NCBI GenBank assembly: GCA_002429485.1
Contig: DIZX01000011.1
Span: 1-38,077 of the forward strand
Direction: 5' to 3'
Origin: Patescibacteria group bacterium UBA6017
GTDB taxonomy: Bacteria > Patescibacteriota > Saccharimonadia > UBA4664
Length of the DNA: 38,077 nucleotides
A program made the translations under genes and the position numbers. Below are positions 17,747 through 26,385 of this stretch, one piece after another. The notes under the pieces were generated by a model, which was not told the DNA's origin, searched no databases, and worked only from the letters and a program-made list of their open reading frames with translations. The stretch's first letter is position 1; each line of letters opens with the position of its first letter.

Positions 17747-19117
17747 ATGGCAACCTCTACCCCCACAGCTCCATCAATGGAAACACTCGTATCGCTCGCT
17801 AAACGGCGCGGCTTTGTTTTCCAATCATCCGAAATTTATGGCGGTCTCGCCGGATTCTGGGACTACGGCCCCTACGGTACCGAGATGGCAAAAAACATCA
17901 GAGACGCCTGGTGGAAGCATTTTGTATACCAATACCCCAATATCGTCGGGCTCGATAGTACGATTATTCAAAATCCCAAACTGTGGAAGGCCAGCGGCCA
18001 CGTCGACACCTTCGTCGACCCCATGGTCGACTGTAAATTCTGCCAACACCGTTTCCGTGCCGATCATCTCACCGATTTTGAGACCAAGAACCTGACCGAA
18101 TACGACACCGCCCTCACCAAGGTGAAATGTCCACACTGCGGCAAAACCGGCGGCTTCACCCAAACCAAGCAATTCAATATGATGTTCAAAACCTACGTCG
18201 GCCCCGTTACTACCGAAGACAACGTAGCCTATCTGCGTCCCGAAACCGCCGGGGGAATCTTTGCTCAGTTCCAGAACGTCCTGGAAACATCCCGCCAACG
18301 CATTCCCTTCGGTATCGCCCAGATCGGCAAGGCCTTCCGCAACGAAATCACTCCCGGGGATTTCATTTTCCGCGTCCGTGAACTCGAACAGATGGAGCTC
18401 GAATACTTTGTCAGTCCCGACGTCGGCCACACCGAGCACCAAGCCTGGATCAAAGTCTGCCAAAACTGGCTGCTAAGCATTGGCCTACCCAAAGATAAGC
18501 TCAAGCTCTACGAACACGGCCCCGACGAGCGCGCCCACTACGCCGCCGCCAGCGTCGACATTCAGTACGAATACCCCATGGGCTTCAAAGAGCTCTACGG
18601 CGTGGCTTACCGCACCGATTATGACCTGACCGTCCAAAGCAAGGGCAGCGGTAAAGACCTGAGCTACTTCGACGAGCCCACCAAATCCCGCTTCATGCCG
18701 CACGTCATCGAACCCTCAGTCGGCGTCGGAAGGCTGTTATTGGCCCTGATGCACGCCGCCTACCGCGAGGAAGACGTGGACGGCGAGAAGCGCGTCGTTC
18801 TCAAATTCAGCCCGGAAATAGCGCCGGTGAAGGTAGCTATCCTCCCGCTGTCCAAAAACGAGAAGTTAGCCCCGATTGCCCGTGGCATCTTCGATCAGCT
18901 CGCCGGATCGTACCGAGTGGAATACGACGAAACTCAATCAATTGGCCGAAGGTACCGACGCCAAGACGAAATCGGTACTCCGCTCTGCGTCACCATTGAC
19001 TTCGACACGCTCGAAGACAAAGCCGTCACCATCCGCCACCGTGATACCATGAAGCAGATAAGAGTAGCCATAACGGATCTACCCGAACAGATAGATAAGC
19101 TCATAAAGGCCTTCTAG
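17747..19117 (+). CDS. glyQS: Glycine--tRNA ligase, alpha2 type
   Basis: KRRGFVFQSSEIYGG, YLRPETAGGIF, GKAFRNEITP, VIEPSVG, IGRRYRRQDEIGTP. Confidence 0.97.
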   Translation: MATSTPTAPSMETLVSLAKRRGFVFQSSEIYGGLAGFWDYGPYGTEMAKNIRDAWWKHFVYQYPNIVGLDSTIIQNPKLWKASGHVDTFVDPMVDCKFCQHRFRADHLTDFETKNLTEYDTALTKVKCPHCGKTGGFTQTKQFNMMFKTYVGPVTTEDNVAYLRPETAGGIFAQFQNVLETSRQRIPFGIAQIGKAFRNEITPGDFIFRVRELEQMELEYFVSPDVGHTEHQAWIKVCQNWLLSIGLPKDKLKLYEHGPDERAHYAAASVDIQYEYPMGFKELYGVAYRTDYDLTVQSKGSGKDLSYFDEPTKSRFMPHVIEPSVGVGRLLLALMHAAYREEDVDGEKRVVLKFSPEIAPVKVAILPLSKNEKLAPIARGIFDQLAGSYRVEYDETQSIGRRYRRQDEIGTPLCVTIDFDTLEDKAVTIRHRDTMKQIRVAITDLPEQIDKLIKAF

Positions 19118-19121
19118 TTTT

Positions 19122-20120
19122 ATGCCCGCAATCACCGGACCAAAAGTAGTTGTTATAGGCGGGGGGACGGGTACGTTCACCATCCTTACCGCCCTCAAAT
19201 TTTACGCCCGGGACATCACAGCCATCGTCAACATGTCCGACGATGGCGGCTCCACCGGTATACTGCGCGACGAACTCGGCGCCTTGCCGCCGGGCGATGT
19301 CCGCCAATGCTTAGTAGCGCTGAGCGAATCAGATCAAAAAATGCGCGATCTCTTCAACTATCGCTTCGACGAAGGCACCTTCGGAGGCCATTCATTCGGC
19401 AATATTTTTCTGACCGCCCTCGAGAAAACCACCGGCAGTTTTGCCGATGCCGTCAAAACCGCCGGCGATATCCTCAACATAACCGGCCATGTTATACCCG
19501 TCACCCTCATCGACAGTCAGCTAGTCCACACGCACACCGATGGCACCACCACCATCGGCCAGCACGCTATTGAAATGAGCCGCTTTAAAACCAAAGACCG
19601 ACCAGACCTCTCGCTCAAGCCCCAGGCCAAACTCAATCCCGAGGCCAAGGCGGCCATTGAGTGCGCCGACATCGTGGTCATCGCCCCCGGCAACCTCTAC
19701 ACCTCACTTGCCCCCACGCTCCTCGTCGAAGGTATGAGCGAAGCCCTCGCCGAAACCAAAGCCAAGGTTGTCTACGTCTGTAATCTCGTCACTAAGCCCG
19801 GCCAAACCGATGGCTTCAAAGTCCATGATTATGTCTGCGAAATTGAACGCTTCATGGGTACCAAGTTAGTTGATTACGTCATCTACAATCAACGCCAACC
19901 AACAGCCGAACTACTCAAAAAGTACGCTCAAGCAGGGGAATACGCTGTTGAATTCGATGATGCAGCCGTCGCTCGCGCCCATTACGAAGCCATCGGCGAA
20001 GATTTGGTCTCAGATGCCATTCCTAAGCTCAAGCCATCCGAGAAACTCATCCCCCGCACGCTCATTCGCCACGATTCAGATAAAGTTGCCCGCTTAATTA
20101 TGAGGATCTATTTCAGCTGA
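19122..20120 (+). CDS. yvcK: YvcK/GlmR (CofD-like) UDP-GlcNAc-binding protein
   Basis: VVVIGGGTG, SDDGGSTGILRDELGALPPGDVRQCL, GHSFGN, APGNLYTS, RHD. Confidence 0.93.
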   Translation: MPAITGPKVVVIGGGTGTFTILTALKFYARDITAIVNMSDDGGSTGILRDELGALPPGDVRQCLVALSESDQKMRDLFNYRFDEGTFGGHSFGNIFLTALEKTTGSFADAVKTAGDILNITGHVIPVTLIDSQLVHTHTDGTTTIGQHAIEMSRFKTKDRPDLSLKPQAKLNPEAKAAIECADIVVIAPGNLYTSLAPTLLVEGMSEALAETKAKVVYVCNLVTKPGQTDGFKVHDYVCEIERFMGTKLVDYVIYNQRQPTAELLKKYAQAGEYAVEFDDAAVARAHYEAIGEDLVSDAIPKLKPSEKLIPRTLIRHDSDKVARLIMRIYFS

Positions 20121-20968
20121 TGAACCCAACTACCGCCGTCATTTTTGCCGCCGGCACCGGCACCCGCATGCTCCCGATCACCGCCGTCGTCCAAAAGGAG
20201 ATGCTCCCGATTCTAAATCGTCCCGTGATCGACTACATCGTGTCAGATCTGGTCAGCGCCGGAATTAAACGTATAATTTTCGTCATCCGTCCCGGGCAGA
20301 CCTCCCTCAAGGAATTCTATCTCGGCAACCCCGGATTCCAACAAGCGCTAGAACGCCAGCACAAAACCAATGCCCTGGCTCTACTCGACGCCGTCCACAG
20401 CCAAGCTATCTTCGAATTTGTCGAGCAGCAGCCAGACGCCGGCTACGGTACCGCTATCCCTCTCCTCACCGCACTACCCCTGCTCGACCCCAATGAGTCG
20501 GTGATTGTTTGCGGCGGCGATGATTTTGTTTGGCGCGCCGACGGCGGCTCGGAATTTGCCGATTTTATTGAGACATATCGGGCCAGTGGGGGAGAGGGCG
20601 CCCTGATGTCACTCGAGCTCCCAACCGATCAACTCGCCCAGTACGGAGTGCTATCCATCGAAAGCCGAGGCGGCTTCAGTTACTTGACGGATCTGATCGA
20701 GAAGCCCGCAGCTGGGTCGGCCCCAACCAACCTTGTGAATATCTCAAAATATATCCTAAACGGTACTATCAGAGAGTACGTGAAGGCCGTGAAGCCGCGA
20801 GCTGATACCAGGGAGAGCTACATCACTGATGCCATTCTCGCCGGATCAAAGCAGCACCCTGTAGTGGTTCATACGGTCTCAGGAGAGTATTTGGATACGG
20901 GAAATCCGGTCAACTGGCTCAAGGCCAACCAAGCAGTTGCGGGTACCGCAATTACAGTAAAAAGATAA
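20120..20968 (+). CDS. Sugar-phosphate nucleotidyltransferase, GalU-like
   Basis: AAGTGTRMLPIT...KEMLPILNRP, IEKP, YLDTGNP. Confidence 0.85.
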   Translation: MNPTTAVIFAAGTGTRMLPITAVVQKEMLPILNRPVIDYIVSDLVSAGIKRIIFVIRPGQTSLKEFYLGNPGFQQALERQHKTNALALLDAVHSQAIFEFVEQQPDAGYGTAIPLLTALPLLDPNESVIVCGGDDFVWRADGGSEFADFIETYRASGGEGALMSLELPTDQLAQYGVLSIESRGGFSYLTDLIEKPAAGSAPTNLVNISKYILNGTIREYVKAVKPRADTRESYITDAILAGSKQHPVVVHTVSGEYLDTGNPVNWLKANQAVAGTAITVKR

Positions 20969-21062
20969 TAAACCGATACCCCTTTACATAATCCAGATAA
21001 TGTTATAATATAATAACATTCGTCAACCAACGTCCATCAGCTACTCGGTAGCAGAGCGCTCG

Positions 21063-21091
21063 TTGACACCCCAGATAAGATGTTTTATAAT
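21063..21091 (+). promoter_or_regulatory. Consensus sigma70 promoter
   Basis: TTGACA, 17 nt, TATAAT; first ATG only 8 nt downstream. Confidence 0.8.
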
Positions 21092-21099
21092 TTTTAACA

Positions 21100-22134
21100 A
21101 TGATTAATGCTATGACTGCTAAAACTCCCATAACCTATAATTACAAATCGGCAGTTGAGCAGATCCTTAAGGAGTTGCGCCGAGACCGTGACCGCCAGAT
21201 TATCTCCCGGCGGTTCGGATTTGGCCTGCAGCGTCGCCAGACGCTCGAAAAGATCGGCAACGACTTCGGGATTACCCGCGAACGCGTTCGCCAGATCGAA
21301 AAGGCCGCCATCGCCAAGATGCGTACCAGTAACTCCGCCGAAATCATTACAGGCGGAGAAACTATGCGGGCCATTGCGGGCGATCAAGGCGGAATTCTGC
21401 CAATCGCCGACATTGCTGAAATGCTCAACGCTCCTGAAGTCGATATCCCATACATCGTATTCCTGTCCCGTCTCGCCGCTAGCGTTGAATTTATCGACGA
21501 TGATGACGACGTCCGACAGGCCGTCGGGTTAGCCGGAATATTTCCCCGTACTCAGGTAAACCTCCTGCTCACCGAAATTATTAAGTCCGTAAAAGACTAT
21601 GGCAAGCCAATCACGCTTGCAAAACTCAAAGTTAAGCTTCCCTCCGAGCTCGATTCCATGACTCTCGAGCAGCTAATGCGCATCTCAAAGCGTCTGGCTT
21701 ACTTCGACGGCAAATGGGGTCTAATCAGCTGGCCCGAAGTAAATCCCAAGAGCATCCGCGACAAAACCTATTTGGTACTGTCTCGCCATGGCCGACCGCT
21801 GCACTTTTCCGAAATTGCTAAGCACGTACGCGGCCTCGGCACCACCAAGCGCAACGTTACGGTTCAGGCCGTCCACAACGAGCTCATCAAGGACCAGCGG
21901 TTCATCCTCATCGGACGAGGCATCTACGCCCTCGCCGAATGGGGCTACACCCCCGGTACGGTCGCCGAAATCATTGCCAGCGTTCTGCGCGAAGAGCAGC
22001 CGTTGCACAAGGACGAAATCGTCCGCCGCGTGCTCATGAAGCGCCAGGTGAAAACCACCACCATCATTTTGAACCTACAAGAAAAAGACCAATTCCAACG
22101 CACAGCCAAAGCCACTTACAAGCTTAAGGATTAA
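21100..22134 (+). CDS. Sigma70 region-4 HTH protein with C-terminal winged-helix (HARE-HTH/RNAP delta-like) domains
   Basis: RRFG...QTLEKIGNDFGITRERVRQIE (sigma r4); RPLHFSEIA...VHNELIKDQRFILIGRGIYALAEWG; no sigma region 2. Confidence 0.8.
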   Translation: MINAMTAKTPITYNYKSAVEQILKELRRDRDRQIISRRFGFGLQRRQTLEKIGNDFGITRERVRQIEKAAIAKMRTSNSAEIITGGETMRAIAGDQGGILPIADIAEMLNAPEVDIPYIVFLSRLAASVEFIDDDDDVRQAVGLAGIFPRTQVNLLLTEIIKSVKDYGKPITLAKLKVKLPSELDSMTLEQLMRISKRLAYFDGKWGLISWPEVNPKSIRDKTYLVLSRHGRPLHFSEIAKHVRGLGTTKRNVTVQAVHNELIKDQRFILIGRGIYALAEWGYTPGTVAEIIASVLREEQPLHKDEIVRRVLMKRQVKTTTIILNLQEKDQFQRTAKATYKLKD

Positions 22135-22217
22135 GGCATAAAATAAACATAGTCTTAAATATTCGTGCGCTAGTGTAGTCCAGGAGGGTTCCTAAGATTC
22201 AGACAATTATCACCATA

Positions 22218-25151
22218 TTGACGCCGATCACGGCCATATTTCAGATTATTGGCCTGATCTTATTTAAGTTTTACGGCTGGGTAGTCGTGGTAGCCATTCT
22301 TGGCTACTTGTTTTACCAAAACGGACGCCGGGTAAAATGGATCGGCTCAACCGAAAATATCCTCCTGCTCATCGAGGTCCCGAAGGACAATGAAAAGAAG
22401 GAGCTGTCGGCTGAACAAATGTTTGCCTCGCTTCACGGCATCTTGCGCCCCAAGTCCGAGCTTCAGCGCGAAGGCTCAATCCAAGAACACATCTCGTTTG
22501 AAATCGTCTCTCGCCTGAATTCGATTCAATTTTACGTCTGGACCCCCAAACACCTCAAAGACTTTGTTGAGAGCCAGGTCTACGCACAATATCCCACCGT
22601 TCAGATCAAGGAGGGGCCCTCCGATTACTCCGCCATCGATATTGCCGGGCGCACCATTTACGGCACCGAGCTCGGCCTCACCAAAAACACCATGCTGCCC
22701 ATCAAGACCTTTGCCTCGTTCGAAGTCGACCCGCTGGCGGGAATTACCGGGGTCTTAGCCAAACTCGAACAAACGGGGGAGGAGGTATGGATCCAAATCA
22801 TGGCCCGTCCGATCGACGATTCCTGGCAAGACCAAGGCAAATCCTTCATTGACGGCATCAAAGGTAGCTCCAAGAAGCCATTGGATATCTTCAGCCTCGA
22901 CGGTCTCTTGCAGCTGCCCATTTACATCATCACTACCTTCCTGACGGCCCTGTTTACCCCTCCCAGCGCTACCGCGGGTAAAACGCCCGACAAGAAAGAG
23001 ATCAGCACCGGCGATCAAACCGTAATCAAGGCGGTCGAAGAAAAAATCGTCAAGCTCGGTTACGAAGTAAAGATTAGAATTGCCTACCTGGGGCCCGACG
23101 AAGCATCGGGCAAGCAGCGGCTGCAAGCCATCGTCGGCGGCTTCAAGCAGTTCAATACCACCAACCTCAATGGCTTCACGAACGCCAAAATGTATAATTC
23201 TCTCGAATTTATCGGGGATTACCAATCACGGCTGTTTTTCGACTCCGGCTACATCCTAAACATCGAGGAACTAGCCTCGCTCTACCACTTGCCTCACAAG
23301 TCGGTCGAAACCCCGAATATGGTCTGGACCACCGCCAAAACCAGTGAACCGCCGTCCAACATCCCAATCGAAGGAGTAGGGGAGCCTGGCGCACTGAGCC
23401 TGTTTGGCCTCACCAACTTCCGCGGCCGTCACCTCAAATTCGGTATCAGCCGCAAAGATCGCGGCCGGCATATGTATATCATCGGCCAAACCGGGGCAGG
23501 CAAATCATTCCTCCTGCAATTACTCACCTTATCTGATATTTACCACGATCAGGGTTTCGCCATCGTCGACCCCCACGGCGATTTTGCCACCGACATCATG
23601 AAATATATCCCCGAACACCGCCTCTCCGACGTCGTCTATCTGAATCCGGCTGACCGGGACTTCCCGATGGCCTTCAACCCGATGGAGATCACCGACCCCG
23701 CAATGAGGGACCATATCAGCTCCGAACTAGTGGGCGTACTCAAGCGAATGTTCGAATCCTGGGGCCCTCGGCTAGAATACATCCTGCGTTATACCATCCT
23801 GGCCCTCCTGGATCATCCCGACTCGACCATGCTCGACATCACGCGCATGCTCAACGAAAAAGACTTCCGCAAGCAGGTCATCAATAGCGTCCAAGACCCG
23901 GTCGTTAAGAGCTTCTGGATTACTGAATTCGCGTCTTGGAACGAAAAATTCGCCTCTGAAGCCGTCGCGCCTGTGCTCAACAAGGTCGGGGCCTTTGTGG
24001 CCAACCCGCTCGTGCGTAATATTATCGGCCAGAAGAAAAGCGCCTTCAATATTCGCCAGATTATGGATGAAGGCAAGATTCTCATCGTCAACCTCAGCCG
24101 CGGTCAAGTTGGTGAAGATAATGCCGCCATCCTTGGCGCCCTGATGGTCACCAAGATTCAACTGGCGGCTATGAGCCGCGCCGATATGCCGCTCGAAGAA
24201 CGCCGCCCATTCTACCTCTACGTCGACGAATTCCAGAACTTCGCCACCGATTCATTCGCTGTCATCCTGTCCGAAGCTCGCAAGTACGGCCTCAACCTCA
24301 CCGTAGCCAACCAGTACGTCTCCCAGATGCCCGAGGTGGTGCGCGACGCCGTGTTCGGCAACGTCGGAACCATGGTGAGCTTCCGCATCGGACCGGGAGA
24401 CTCCACCGTCCTCGGCCGTTACTTTGAGCCGGTCTTTGAAGCCATCGATCTCACCAAGCTCCACAACCAAAATATCTTCATTTCGATGATTATTGACGGG
24501 GAAAAAGCCACTCCATTTTCTGCCTCCACTCTGCGCATGCCCGATCCCGAAGACGACCAGACTGCCCGAATTATCCAAATATCACGCGAACGATATGCCT
24601 CTCATCGCGACATTGTGGAGGCCGATATCCGTACCCGCACCGCCGGCGCAAACGATCCCGGCGCCAGAGCCGTAAATGCTGTCGCTGCTGATCAAAAACC
24701 GAACAAGGAATTACTCAACGTTTTGAAGAATCCCGACCGTCCCCGATCCGAACCCAGGCGAGACGATCGCCGAGCAGGGGAGTCGGGCGGCGGGGAACGC
24801 AACTCACAGCAAACTGATAATCATCGCAACCGCGAGCCCCAGCGTTCAGGCGGGGGACAGTCCGGCAATGATCGTCGCGATCACTCAAACTCGAGCAGGG
24901 GAGCGAGTGCGCCCTACCGTCCCCGAGAAGAAGCCCCGAGGCCTGCACCCGCCCAGCACGCGCCCAACCATACGCCGGCAGCGTCAGCCGCCCCAGTGCA
25001 TCAACCCGTTCATTCACCCGCGCCCGCTCCGGTAGCTGCGCCAGTACATCCTGTGGCGCCCCAATCGATCCCGGTGGCTTCTCCCGCGCCCGTTGCCGCC
25101 CACCGGGCATCTGGAGCCGTTGAGCCCGGCGAAGCCGTCAGCCTACGCTAA
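22218..25151 (+). CDS. VirD4/TraD/HerA-like membrane-anchored ATPase (type IV coupling-protein family)
   Basis: N-terminal TM, RHMYIIGQTGAGKS Walker A, VDPHGD, YLYVDEFQNF Walker B, SEARKYGL, ANQY; low-complexity tail. Confidence 0.88.
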   Translation: MTPITAIFQIIGLILFKFYGWVVVVAILGYLFYQNGRRVKWIGSTENILLLIEVPKDNEKKELSAEQMFASLHGILRPKSELQREGSIQEHISFEIVSRLNSIQFYVWTPKHLKDFVESQVYAQYPTVQIKEGPSDYSAIDIAGRTIYGTELGLTKNTMLPIKTFASFEVDPLAGITGVLAKLEQTGEEVWIQIMARPIDDSWQDQGKSFIDGIKGSSKKPLDIFSLDGLLQLPIYIITTFLTALFTPPSATAGKTPDKKEISTGDQTVIKAVEEKIVKLGYEVKIRIAYLGPDEASGKQRLQAIVGGFKQFNTTNLNGFTNAKMYNSLEFIGDYQSRLFFDSGYILNIEELASLYHLPHKSVETPNMVWTTAKTSEPPSNIPIEGVGEPGALSLFGLTNFRGRHLKFGISRKDRGRHMYIIGQTGAGKSFLLQLLTLSDIYHDQGFAIVDPHGDFATDIMKYIPEHRLSDVVYLNPADRDFPMAFNPMEITDPAMRDHISSELVGVLKRMFESWGPRLEYILRYTILALLDHPDSTMLDITRMLNEKDFRKQVINSVQDPVVKSFWITEFASWNEKFASEAVAPVLNKVGAFVANPLVRNIIGQKKSAFNIRQIMDEGKILIVNLSRGQVGEDNAAILGALMVTKIQLAAMSRADMPLEERRPFYLYVDEFQNFATDSFAVILSEARKYGLNLTVANQYVSQMPEVVRDAVFGNVGTMVSFRIGPGDSTVLGRYFEPVFEAIDLTKLHNQNIFISMIIDGEKATPFSASTLRMPDPEDDQTARIIQISRERYASHRDIVEADIRTRTAGANDPGARAVNAVAADQKPNKELLNVLKNPDRPRSEPRRDDRRAGESGGGERNSQQTDNHRNREPQRSGGGQSGNDRRDHSNSSRGASAPYRPREEAPRPAPAQHAPNHTPAASAAPVHQPVHSPAPAPVAAPVHPVAPQSIPVASPAPVAAHRASGAVEPGEAVSLR

Positions 25152-25172
25152 CCCCCTCCGGCCCGCACCATG

Positions 25173-25206
25173 ACTCCCCCGCCTTCACAAACGAATGCGG
25201 GGGAGT
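25173..25206 (+). terminator. Hairpin after the coupling-type ATPase
   Basis: ACTCCCCCGC...GCGGGGGAGT, 10-bp stem. Confidence 0.6.
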
Positions 25207-25367
25207 ACTTAGTTCAATATAGCTATATAGAGTCGAAACAATATAACCCATAAAAAGCCTTGTGATAAATAATAGACAGAACGGCTCTACGCCCAATATT
25301 CGGAGTTTATAGCATAGCAGAGCCAAAAGAAAGGGTATGGTAGGTCATCTTTCGGCATTATGAGCCA

Positions 25368-25395
25368 ATGTCGCACAATGTCCATTTTGCGGCGT
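25368..25395. other. dif-like 11-6-11 Xer site candidate
   Basis: ATGTCGCACAA-TGTCCA-TTTTGCGGCGT; arms 8/11 inverted-identical. Confidence 0.35.
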
Positions 25396-25581
25396 AAAGA
25401 TGCCAAAACGTCGTTTTAGGCCAAATATAGGATAATTCCAAATTGATAAATATTTTCACTTTTTCGCGCACACACCCTATTGCCGCCACCATGCACCGCA
25501 TTAAATATTCCCTAAAAATTCCCCGAGCAGTTACCTGCTATTGATGGGCAGACAAAAACCGAACTAATAAATAGGGAAGCG

Positions 25582-26385
25582 CTATTTGTAATAAGCCTTG
25601 CCGGCGATCCGAAGATCGATGTACTCCGCCGGTGTTCGCTTCTGAGTCACCAGGAGCCGCTGTACGGCGTTCAGATCCGCCACCTCCTCAGCTGCCCCTC
25701 TGCTCGTATCGAAGAGCAGGCGGTACCCCTTGTTGGTCTGTGCGGCCAGGTCGAAGGTAGTGTCCTTGATGTCCAGCCGGGTCACCGTAATTCCGCTGGC
25801 GGCCAGCGCCGGCACGATACTGCTAACAAAGTCCACGAAGTGAACGGAAGCTACCCGCTGACCGACAGCGACAGGCAGATTACTCCCGTCATAAACCACC
25901 GGAAAGCTTACCGACCCTGCGGCAACACCAATAACCGTACCGTCCTTATCCAATACGTAAATTTGATTACCCGTACTCCAACCCAAACTGGGCTGTTTGA
26001 GAGTAGCCGTTACAATAACCCCATGGAACCACTTCCGTTTCACGCTCACCTCACGTAGTAACGGATCTGCTTGTTGTAATTTTGAAACGAATTCATCTTT
26101 GTTGAACGTTATCAGGTTGCCCTGCGTCCAACTGCCTGATGTGAGCTTCCTGGCCTCCGATTCTATCTCAGCCTTCCGCGCCGATGAATTCACCGTTATC
26201 ACTCTCAGGGCGAACAATTGCCCTATCCCCCACCCCGCCAGAAGTATCAATCCCAGTATTATCAACAACCTTCGCTGCAGCACACTTAATCGCGGCCGCT
26301 TCGGCCCTCGGCGCGGTCCCCTACTCAAGGGCTGCACCCGGCCGTACACCGGCCTGCCAGCCGATCTCACTATCCGCTGGCTCAC
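25582..26385 (-). CDS. ftsQ: Cell division protein FtsQ/DivIB-like
   Basis: Basic N-terminal tail, one TM, POTRA-like segment, VLDKDG, C-terminal EYIDLR; follows murG. Confidence 0.82.
   Translation of the reverse strand: MSQRIVRSAGRPVYGRVQPLSRGPRRGPKRPRLSVLQRRLLIILGLILLAGWGIGQLFALRVITVNSSARKAEIESEARKLTSGSWTQGNLITFNKDEFVSKLQQADPLLREVSVKRKWFHGVIVTATLKQPSLGWSTGNQIYVLDKDGTVIGVAAGSVSFPVVYDGSNLPVAVGQRVASVHFVDFVSSIVPALAASGITVTRLDIKDTTFDLAAQTNKGYRLLFDTSRGAAEEVADLNAVQRLLVTQKRTPAEYIDLRIAGKAYYK

Noticed and set aside
22218-25151. Integrated conjugative element
   Set aside because: No integrase, relaxase, VirB genes or flanking direct repeats in the window
25152-25581. Replication terminus or origin at the strand switch
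   Set aside because: By eye the + strand stays C-rich on both sides and there is no DnaA-box cluster; needs a whole-genome skew calculation
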